Shown piece by piece: positions 9,957-21,500 of a stretch of DNA of 64,000 nucleotides. Each line of letters opens with the position of its first letter. Position 1 is the stretch's first letter. This stretch comes from Macrostomum lignano. Taxonomy: Eukaryota. The stretch spans positions 1,178,001 to 1,242,000 of the forward strand of contig NIVC01000040.1 in NCBI GenBank assembly GCA_002269645.1. The letters run 5' to 3'. A program made the position numbers and the translations under genes. The notes below the pieces were generated by a model, which was not told where the DNA came from, did not search any database, and saw only the letters and a list, made by a program, of their open reading frames with translations.

Positions 9957-12900
9957 GTAAGTTCATCATCAATCCACACTTGTAACTATAATTTATTTGT
10001 GGTATTTAAGCGCAAACGCTTTACTCAAGCTTTTGAATGTTCGGTAAATCTACACTGGTGTTGGGACAATGGCAGAAACGGATCTCGCTCTCACTCCTAA
10101 ATTGACCCAATGAGCGTCAGAGCAAGAGCTCAAGGTACCTTCGGTCCTCTGGCCGGACCCACTTCCAACTCTGAGCGGAAGATCGCGTCTTCGTTGGGAT
10201 CGACCCGTCCCCAGGCAGACACAGTACAGTACGAATCTTCAGCCTTCTAAGAAATAACGCAGCTCACTCAACATACTCTTGGATTCTACGAGTCCGACAG
10301 GCAAGCGAGCGACGGGCTTGGTTGCACGGAGCGCTGAGTAGTATCGTAGTTGACTGACTCAGCTGAGTGAGCTCTCGATCGTCTGAGTTTATCTAAGTAT
10401 CTGAGTCTGAGTAGACTCTGCGCACCCTTATGCCGTCAACCTCCACTTAAAAATCATACAAATATTGTGCACTGCTTCACCCTTGGTGCACCGACCCCGA
10501 CTACAACTGACAATGCGATTAGCGACTGTAGCTCCCTTTTACTTTACTTGTCCATGAGTTTGAGCATAAGCAGTGCTCTTTTTTATTTGCATTACAATTT
10601 CAGTTAAACTGCAAGGTTGCTACGTTCACGTCTATAAGGAAGTTGAGAATCTAAAATACCGCATATCAACCAGTGAGTCAATGACAATTGAGAGCTGCCA
10701 AAAAGACTGCAGTCGCTATACCTTCCGCTACTTTGGAGTCGCTACAACAGAATGCTTCTGCGGAGATTCAAAAATTGCTCACAAAATATCTTTGAACAGA
10801 TGTAATTACAGGTGTCCGGGAAACCCAAAGCAGATTTGCGGTGGTATTAACTCGATGGTTGTGTACGAGCAGCCCGCTACACTTGTTACAGCCTCTGCCG
10901 GTAAGAATGCCCTAATTTATTACGTTCAATTGTTCATTTATGAATGGTGTCATTGTCTCATTTCCTCGCTCGCTTATAGAGCGTAGTCTCTAGCTCACTC
11001 CTCGTCGGATTCTTAGTAAAAGAAAAAAGTGGAAGAAATTGTCGTCGACTTTATTCTTATCTATTGCAGAGAGTATGTTGTCTGACAGGTGAAACTAACA
11101 ATCTCCTTTCACGTACAGACGCTTCCCGTCAATAACTTTGCTACTTCCGAGATCGTAATCTGTGCAGTTAGTGCACAGAAATTTCATTGGGTGCCATTGT
11201 ACTGAACTAAAAACTGCTTCTGAGCAGCTGCAAGTTTGACAGTGGATGCGAAAACGAGGCTCGTTTGGGTAAAAAATAACCCACTTTCAGCACTGCCTTG
11301 TCGACGTGTGTTTATACCCAGTAGTATTTACTGTTTGCCGAATTTCGATAAAGAATTGATAAAGATTTCGATAACAAATTGCTAGCCTTTTGCGCTCAAG
11401 GCCAGCCGAAGTTTTATCATCTCACTTGCGACAAGTGACGACCTGAAAGCCGTCGTTTTTAGACACACCCAACAGTGGGGTTGGAGACCGAGGTGCGAGG
11501 GTTTCTGCTGGGTTTGCGGTGAGGTCAACCTTCATGTTGAAGGGTTGGGGGATTGACGGACCCCCAGCCGCGTGAAGTTTCGGCTCCTGAGCTGTTTTTG
11601 TACGCTTTATTTATCTATGAAGCGTAGGCTGGAATAAAGAAGCTAAGATCTAGAAAATGGGGCGGTTAACCGTGCGGGGGTGGATATACCTCCAGCAAGC
11701 TCCGGAGAATCCATCATGCAGCTGCTTTCGCTGCTTGTGCTATCCTTTTGTTTTTCAAACTCTTCAAGGACATTGATTGTGAAGTCGGTCATAAGATCCT
11801 CTATTTTAAAACTCTGGTTCAATGACTTGGGTGTATTCAGTTTCAATGGCTTGAGCAAAATGATCAGCAGGAAGGACATCGGGAAAAACAAAACAAATAC
11901 GGCCGTCAGATCGAAGGTGTTTTTCCTGAATACAGTATGCATGTACCAATAAAGAATCAACCTCATCTCATATCCATAAAGCGCAATTCCACCAAGTCTT
12001 GAGCTTGAGCACCTTACTGAGCTCAGTAGCCAGCCTGCTATCGGCATGCATGCGAAACTCTGACGTAGCATTTATTGATTTTTAATTTTCACACGAGTAA
12101 ACTGTTTTCTCTTGTTGCAGAGCACCCGAACTGTAAGTTCCTCATCAATCCACGCTTGTTATTATATTTTTTTGTGGTATTTAAGTGCAAACGCTTTACT
12201 CGAGCTTTTGAAAGTTCGGTAAATCTACACTGGTGTTGGGACAATGGCAGAAACGGATCTCGCTCTCACTCCTAAATTGACCCAATGAGCGTCAGAGCAC
12301 GAGCTCAAGGTACCTTCGGTCCTCTGGCCGGACCCACTTCCAACTCTGAGCGGAAGATCGCGTCTTCGTTTGAATCGACCCGTCCCCAGGCAGACACAGT
12401 ACAGTACGAATCTCCAGCCCTCTAAGAAATAACGCAGCTCACTCAACATGCTCTTGGATTCCACGAGTCCGACAGGCAAGCGAGCGACGGGCTTGGTTGC
12501 ACGGAGCGCTGAGTAGTATCGTAGTTGACTGACTCAGCTGAGTGAGCGTCTGAGTTTATCTGAGTATCTGAGTCTGAGTAGACTCTGCGCACCACCCATG
12601 TTATCAACCTCAACACACAAATCATACAAATATTGTGCACTGCTTCACCCTTGGGTGCACCGACCCCGACTACAACTGACAATGCGACTAGCGACTGTAG
12701 CGCCCTTCTACTTTACTTCTTTATGAGTTGTAGCAGTAGCAATTCGCTTTCTTATTCGCATTACAATTTCAGTTAAACTGCAAGGTTGCTACGTTCACCT
12801 CAATAATGAAGATGAGAATTTAAAATACCGCATATCAACCAGCGAGTCAATGACAATTGAGAGCTGCCAAAAGGACTGCAGTCGCTATACTTATCGCTAC

Positions 12901-15900
12901 TTTGGAGTCGCAAATAAAACAGAATGCTATTGCGGGGATTCACTAAGAAAAGAGCAAACTTCAAACGAATGTAATTACAGGTGTCCAGGAAATCTAAAGC
13001 AGATTTGCGGTGGTTCTGAGTACATGGTGGTGTACGAGCAGCCGGATATACTTCCTGCAGCCTCTGCTGGTGAGAATATTATAATTAATGGTCGTTGTTA
13101 GTGGTCTTGAACTCAAAGTCTTTTTTACGATTTTGTATGTCTCCATATACGTTTGAGTCTGAAGCAATCTGGAGCTAATCATGCACGTGCAGAGCAGTTG
13201 GCATTCACCAGGTGCTTGCCAAGTTACGTGGGTCTACTTGTAGAAAGCATAGGGCAGTCGTCGAAGCTTTAAAGTACGGAATACTCTGTAGTGCGCTTGT
13301 GGCCTCAGAAATAGCAGAGTTTCTCGGGCCGTATAACTGAGTTTCTATGCTCGCACGAGCGTATAGATTGATGGCCGAAGCGCGGCTACACGTGTTACGC
13401 AGAGGCGGATCGATGAGATGCCAAAGTTTAACTGAGAGTTGCTAGTAGACCAATTAATCATTAAATAGAGAGTACGAGTAACGGTAAGGCCATGGCTTAA
13501 GGGAATTGCTGAGATACCGAGACTCAGAGGCGGATGCTGATGCTGGGTATGGGCGGATGCTGGGTAGACAGCTGGCTTTGAAGCGTTTGGCTTTGAACAT
13601 CTCTTTCTTTAGAAATCTTAAAGAAGCGAGTATGTAATCTTACGAAGTCTTCTACACTTATTTTTTGGTTTAAATATTTTTCCCTCAACTGGGGGCAATG
13701 ATTGATTGCATTCGCAGAAAATGTTGTAGGGCCTCTGGGTCATTCCACAATTTCCATAGTATACTTGAGCTCTGGAACCAAACTATTTTTTACGAGTAAC
13801 ATTGAGCTTTCACGTGAATAACCGATCGTTCCGGTAGCGTACACTGCCCGAGCGGCAAGACACTGTTGTTGACTATACTTTATGGCATTGAGTGCTGAGT
13901 GGCGTTGTCAATGGATCGAGGTTTTCCTGTTTTTCTCTTCCCCATATTCCTCTTGTCGGGATTGACTTATGTCAGTTTACGACCAGTCATTGGTGGATTC
14001 AATTTCGAAAGGAATTTTGGAATATTTTCTTCCTATAACTTAGCGAATAACGCGTCTTCACTTCTCTTGCTGTTTCGCAATCTGTTCCTTAGACTACGTA
14101 TTCGCTTGCACAAACTGGTTCCCTCAACCAGCCGACGAGCAATCTTTTCACAATTTTGGCAAATGAGAAAGATTCTTTGAACACTTGAATCGGTTATTTG
14201 ATCCTTATCTGAGAGACTGTGCGGTTCACCGATCCTCTGATATTCCTCAATTGAGACTCCTCTGTATTTATAGTCAAGAGTGAGATGGGGTGAAGCGCGT
14301 TTAAACAAATCGGCTTTTATTATCATTCTGGCGAGAATTTAAATGAAGGAGCTGCTAACAAAAAATAGCAACATCAATAATACAGTACTAAATACGCTGA
14401 CAGATTAAAGAGATGAAGATCATACACGTATCGAGAAGCAATGGGCCTCATCTTCAGATTCAAATTCACACGAAGCTCAACATAAAAGTTTTGTGCCGTT
14501 TATTCGACTGAATAAAGCCTTTAGTCTGGAGTTTTTAGTCGAAACCGACAGTCGAATTGCAGTTTCACCAAGTCTTAGCACTTTACATGGAGCAGTAGCC
14601 AAACCTGCTATTGACAAATATTCAAACTACGACGTAGCTTTTACTGATTTTCCATTTTCAATTTTCAAACTGCTTTCTCCTCTTTCTCCTGTTGCAGAGC
14701 ACCAGAACTGTAAGTTCATCATCAACCCACCAATATATGCTTATAATTTCTTTGTGGTATTTAAAGTGCCAACGCTGCACTCAACTTTTTGAATGTTCGG
14801 TAAATTTACACTGGTGTTGGGACAATGACAGAAAATGATCTCACTCTCACTCCTAAATTAATCCAATTAATCTTGGAGCACGAGCTCAAGGTAGCTTCGG
14901 TCGTCTGGCCGGACCCACTTCGAACTCTGAGTGGAAGATCGCGTCTTCGTTGGGATCGACACGTCTCCAGGCAGACACAATACAGTACGAGTCTCCAGCC
15001 TGAAGTGTTAGTGGTGATCAGTGACTCGAAAATTCCCACTTCTAGACACTGGGGAACAAGTGCCACGAGGTGTATGCAAAATCAAATAACTCTTACTGCA
15101 GCGGATCCTTTAGTAGCTTTTAGACGTCTTGGTTTGGCTTAGGTGACTCGTTACTGTTGTGTATTGAACGCGTGGGTTTTTGTGCGAGCGAGAGTTGAGT
15201 TCCGTGGATCACAAGTCTTCTCGAAGCTGGACATGAAGACAGGGTACCTCCATTTCGAACTTCACCACGACAGTCGATACCTAACAGCTTTTATCACAGA
15301 CGAAGGCCTGTACCAGTTCTGCCGCGTCCCGTTCGGCCTCAGCAGCGCGGCAGGGTTCTTCCAGAAGGCCATGGCTCGCATCCTGCAAGGCCTGCCAGGA
15401 ACGGTCAACGCAGTCGATGACATCCTGGTGCACGGCAAGACAAAGAAGGAGCACGACGACAACCTGAGCCGGACACTAGAACGTCTTCGAGAGAACAACA
15501 TCGTGCTCAGCGATAAGTGCGTCTTCGCCCAACCGGCAGTGGACTTCCATGGTTTCCGCATTTCCGGCAACGGCATCCAAGCGATCGACTCGTACGTGAA
15601 GGCAATCAAGGAGACGCCTCAGCCGAGTAACACCAAGGAGGCAGCTGCATTCCTCGGAGCGACAAACTTCTACAGCCGGTTCGTCCATGCCTACTCGGAA
15701 ACCACGGAGCCGATCCGCCGGCTGCTACGCAAAGATGAGCCGTGGTCGTGGGGTCCAGAGCAAGATGGCGCTTTCCAGAAAATCAAGAGGCAGCTGACCA
15801 TGGCGCCAGTCCTAAAGGCATTTGACCCCAAATCCGAGACAATCATCCGATGCGACGCCAGTGCCCACGGCATCGGCGCCGTGCTGGCACAGATACAGCT

Positions 15901-18461
15901 CGGCGAGGAGCACCCGATTGCCTACAGCTCGCGGTCCCTCACTTCACCGGAGCGGAACTACTCGGTCGGGGAGAAGGAGGCGCTGGCTGTCGTATGGGCG
16001 GTCGAGAAGTGGCACCTGTTCACCTATGGCCGGCCAGTGACCGTCTACACAGACCATAGCACGCTGAGCACTCTGCTGACCGCGGGCAGTCAAGGAGTCC
16101 GGCCGCTGCGCATCCTTCGGTGGACAGAGCGTCTTAGGGCATACCCCCTGGTGACCATTCGCTACGTGCGCGGCCGAGACAACACTATCGCCGACCTGCA
16201 TGTCTAGGCAACAACCAAACGTCCAGGAGGATCCGCAGAGCAACACGGACGACCAGGAGATCGGCCGAATCCTGATGGCGCAGCTGGCTCCAGCAGTCAA
16301 CCTGGACGAGGTGCGCCAAGAAACGGCCAGCGACGAAGTCCTGCAAGCGGTTTCTCGCTTCATCAAGGAGGGGTGGCCGGCGTCCAAGCAACTGGCACCG
16401 GAGCTGCAAGCCTACTACCGCGCAAAGGACGAACTCTACCTGTTCGGCGACGGCTGCGTGGCTCGTGGCCAGGCTACCGTCATCCCAGCTACACTGCAGA
16501 ACCGGGTTCTCAATATGGCGCACGAAGGCCACCACGGAATTGTGCGGACCAAGCAGCGGTGCCGATCTGCAGCTTGGTGGCCCGGTATCGACAAGGACAT
16601 CGAGTCGGCGGTGAAGGACTGTACGGCCTGCGCGCTGGCTGGCAAGGCGTCTCGACCCACGCGTTCAATACACAACAGTTACCTCCGGGAGTCCTTGACT
16701 TTTATCTGTGGGTCGACCAAAACCGAGAGCGAATCAGAATTTTTTGACGGTCCTCGAGCTCGGAATTAACAATAGAACGTGCGCCCTAATGAACAATTGA
16801 ATTCTCTGAATAACTGTATTAGGTCCTCCGGAAGGGCGTCTTATTCGCTACATCTGAAACGTAATGGATAACTCAAATCAAATCAATAATCCTCTAGGAA
16901 TATATCCTAGGAAACAAGGAGGCCTTTCTCAAATGTATCGACAATGAACTGCTCTCGTATAACTCAATTAATCAACTTGTTATCACTAACAATCAAAGAA
17001 CTGAATCCTGTAAACGCTTACAAATTGGACAAGTGTGGTCCCTCAGAGATTGGTCTTCTTCTTTGTTCCTTCAGAGTCTTCTTAGAGACCGCTCTGAGTC
17101 TGAACTTTTTACTCAGATTTTCACTTGTATTTATAACAAAATTTTGGAGAAAAACCGGTTTAGGATCGGATACTTACTTACTCCAATTATGTTTGATTAA
17201 GCTGTCATGTATGTTTGAGCATTACCATTATATGTGGTAAAGCAAATACAGCTGTTGGAAACCGGTTCCTTGATATAAAATGTTGGTCCCATGTGGGGTT
17301 CTGAATCACTCTGGTTGCGCATGATTCCTAAAAATAGATATGACTCATTCTAGAATAAATTGACTTTCTTTGAAGAATAATTTTAGTAGGGCATTACGGT
17401 ATGGTCTAATAAGTCTCTACAAGCCCTCTAAGAAATAACGCAGCTCACTCAACACACTCTTGGTCTCTTGCTCTCACTCAACAACCACAACACACAAATC
17501 ATATAAATATTGTGCACTGTTTCATCCTTGGGTACACCGATCCCGACTACAACTGGCAATGTGATTAGCGCCCTTTCACTTTACTTGTCCATGAGTTTGT
17601 TTAATTGTTTTGCATGAAAACCTTTCAGTTAAACTGGAAGGCTGCTACTTTCATTACGACGATCCGAGTTCCAACCTACGCCGCTACAAGTCATCCAACG
17701 AGTCCATGACAATCGAGAGCTGCCAAAAGGACTGCAGTGTCACTACTGATCGCTACTTTGGAGTAATAAGTGGAACGCATTGCTACTGCGGTGATTTAAT
17801 TATGAGTGCACAATTGTCTTTGAAAAAGTGTGATTACAGGTGTCCGGGAAATCCAAAGCAGATCTGCGGTGGTTCTATTACAATGGTTGTGTACGAGCAG
17901 CCCGCCTCTGCTGGTGAGTATAATCTATAAATTAATGTTCACTTCTCTTTAGTGTCGAATTCAAACTTGGGTTTTCATGATTTTTTTATAATTCGTGCTC
18001 CGTCTCCGTATGGTTTTGTGCCTGAAGCAGTGAATGAAGGTTCGCAGGGAAGTTGCTGAGATGCCAATGCTGACGAGAGGATTTCTGAGATAATAATGCT
18101 TAACTGGGAGTTGCTACTAGGCCTATAAATAATAACAATAATAATTTATTACACCTGCCCTAATGGACATGTGTGCAACCGACTGCTCAGCCGCAGTTAT
18201 TGCGCGGTGCATCTGATAGCTGTGTATGGCTGTTCAATCCAAGGACTGGACTGGGGGGTCACGCACACACTCTTAATTACCCAAGCTATAAATGCTAGCA
18301 CTCATTTTACAGCTGGGTGAACTGAAGCAATGCAGTGAAGCAATGAATTATCTTGCTCAAGGACACAAATTGTTCTGACTTGCTCGAGAGTCGAACCCCC
18401 GACCTTCAAGTCATGAGTCCGACGCTTTAACTACTAGGCTACAACCCCATGTAGGCCAAGC

Positions 18462-18531
<70 letters not shown>

Positions 18532-21500
18532 AGCAACAGCAAGCAACATCAATGACAGCAAGAGCCACAGCAACGCCGAAGACCAATCTGATCGTCTACG
18601 CGGATGACCTCAACCGCGTCCGCCTCGTCCCCAAACAGCATTTCTCTCGAAGAAAAGCTCAACGACTACCTAGCCGAACTTTCTCCTTCCCTCGAGTCGC
18701 ATAAATTGCAGATTTCAGCCTCGAAATGTACCGCCACCCATTTAGCCCGGGCAAGAGCAGGTACTCGCGGCAACTACGTCTCTACATGTACATCAACGGC
18801 ACACAACTCCTGCCAGCGCTACACTAAAAATTCTGAGTGTCACGTTCGACCCCCAGCTGTCTTTCTCGAGACATGTCTCTAACCTAGCGGAGAAAGTAAG
18901 GAAGAGAGCCAGCATTCTGCACTGACTTACCGGCTTTGTTTTAAGCCGCTGTAAAGAATTGCTCTCCAGACTGTCCAGAATGCGGCAACCGCTGCATTAA
19001 CGGCCGCACTGCTCTAACATCCGAAGCTGACCTTTATTGTGAAGTCCTGTTGCTCCCATCCGCCAGCACAACTGCCTCCTGTCGCTGCAGTTCAAGCTCC
19101 CAATCAGGTGTCCTGAGCATCCGTGCCACCACTTGTCAGCTCTACCTCCAACGCGTAGACTCATGAAGGCCTCTATTTTCACGGCGAAACATTGCAACGC
19201 AGACTGGTCACCGGTACCAAATACGTCAACTGAATATATATTTCTGATGTAACCACGCTCTGGTCGCGGGATAGGGCATGGGAACTTTTTCGAAAGTGCC
19301 TCCTATCCCGTGCACCCTCTGCACAGAGCTGTCGAGACTCGGCCAGGTCTCCGACCGGGCCTGGAGACTCCCGCTCTGCTGCACCCCTCCTGCTGCCTTG
19401 GTCCCGTCTCTCCTGCCGCCACACCTGCCTTTCCGGAGCCCCCTACCCCTTTCTGTACCTCCCCCTCTACCCTATGTCTTCTGTTTCCGCCCTATTCTTC
19501 CTGTACTTTCTCTATCTCCTCTCTTTTTTGTCTCCCTCTGCACTCTTTTCCTGCGCTGCCCCCTCCTTCTCTGTGTCTACTTACAGTATTTTGTGTGCTC
19601 ACCGTCTCCCCATCCCCTCCCAAACTCCCAAACGGTGACGCAAGTCGTGTGACCCCTTCTTCCCCCCGATGACTCATCGATGACTCATCCCCCTCTCTTG
19701 CGCAACCTTTTCTCACGCCATTGTTCTCCTCCCCAAATTTCTCATGCGACACCCACCCCACCTCCGCTTCTATTGTTCTCGTTTTTGCTTCTTTTGTTCT
19801 CTCGACCCCCACCAATTATCACATTTTCTCCGATTTTCTCTTTCTTTTGTTCTCGTTTTCGCACCTAATTATCACCTTTTCTCCAATGTTTACTTTTCCA
19901 TTGTTCTCAGTTTTCCCCAATTATCCCCGATTTCCAATTCCTTTGTTCTCGACCCCAGCCCTATTGTTCTCAATGTTTGCTTGCGCAACACTTTCGCGAC
20001 CACCCGCTGCGCCAATTATCCCCCCACCCCACCTCCGGATTGCGCAATTTCCCTATTTCTCATGTTGCTATGCCGGTCTCATGCTTCTCATCATGACTCA
20101 TTCTGACGTCATTCTGCCGGCAGCCAATCAGAGAGAGGGAGCCATGGTAACGACCTTGAGGAGGCGGCTGTGAGGTCTATAAAAGGAAGCGATTTCGGCA
20201 TGAGAAACCTCAACCTTTTTTTCCTCTCCTCGTCCTTCTTTGGACTTGCAGTCAGATTGAGTTCTGACCCATTCGTCTAGAAGACGAATCCCTGCCGGTC
20301 CGCGGTCTGTTACCGCCAAGTTATCCTTAGCTCCCCAAGTGAGCTCGCCTATCGGCCAGCGGTCTGATACCGCCCAGCATCATCAGCATCGCCTGATCTA
20401 CATCAGCGCCTCGTCGCTCCAGCGCATCGCCGCTTCACTGTCTGCCTGACTGCAGCCTACAGCCGCCCTCGGTCACTCCGCCTCTCTCTCTCTCTGTGCA
20501 GCTGCCGGTAAGTTCCTGTTACTAATTTGTGCTCTAATTGCCTTTGCTTATCCGGGTTTGCCTATTTTCCATTGTCTGATTAGAGAGCTGAGCCAATTGT
20601 GATACCGTATCTTTTGCTGTATTTTACTCAATAGTGAAGCCGCCTAATTGCCTGATTATTCGCCTAAGGGCCTAATTATTAACTATTAACTAACTTCATC
20701 ATTATTCAATCTTTCACCATCATTTCACTCATGGCTTGCTAAGCCTTTCTCCCGGGGTGGCAAAGCATAAGGAAGTTTGGGTAAGCTAATGGCCTCTCCC
20801 CGTGCAAAGCCCGCCTGTGAGTGCGTGCTGCGGGGCCGCGTGTGTGTGCAGTAGAGGGATTAGCGAGTCTTGGCACAGAATGGCAGTAGGAAGGTTGCAA
20901 CCCCATGCTGACGCGTCCCTTCGCCCTGAGCAATCTAAACTGTAGACAGTACATGTTCGCCTCATACTACTCTTAGTAATCAAAGTCGCAAGTCAGCCTC
21001 GCTCACAGCCACAAAGGATCCCCTGCTGAGGAATCCTCCAGGATTGAGCCCAGAGTTCCCGATCATGCCCCAAGCAGAGTCCATGTACTCGGCTGCATGC
21101 GTCTCCCCTGTTAGCCTAAATCCCCTGGTAACCAATCCAGGCGGGGCTCTAGCCTCGAGAGGTCTGGTAGAAAGATCCAGGTGCGCCAGGTCACATAGAG
21201 TGGTGGCAGCCACTCGGTCATACCATGACCGAGTGACCAACTATTGCACCTTGGCTACAGGTGGGGTCCATGTGGGTCCTTAGCCCTCTGGTCATGAAGC
21301 GCTACCAAAGCTACTAATCATGTGGGCGGGACAGTCTGGTGCTGGAGGTCCGTCAGGTTATTGCCTGGTCATAGGCAGCCTACGGTCATTGCCCCTCTAG
21401 CCAAGCGTTCGTCTCTCAATAGGAGCGGACAGGCGACAAGGGCGGTTACATCATTTCCTGAATATATATTTCCTAAATAACGCATATACCCAGCCAGAAA

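Larger units (their letters stand above)
15001..17421 (-). mobile_element. Solo-LTR-like element (893 bp without its nested insert), TGAAG...CTCTACA family, 4-bp TSD AGCC
   Basis: Interrupts the conserved intron motif CCAGCC|CTCTAAG; TG..CA ends; AGCC on both sides; TATAAATA on minus strand; paralogous copy at 54428-55320. Confidence 0.75.

Noticed and set aside
10573-10986. ORF-track single-exon WSC proteins with GTG/TTG/internal ATG starts and hydrophobic tails (also 30298, 42935, 50000)
   Set aside because: The extensions lie beyond conserved AG and GT splice sites; the apparent C-terminal hydrophobic tails are intron read-through
14033-14326. 97-aa minus-strand intronic ORF (and paralogue 53460-53753)
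   Set aside because: No recognisable domain; its conservation is explained by the recent duplication
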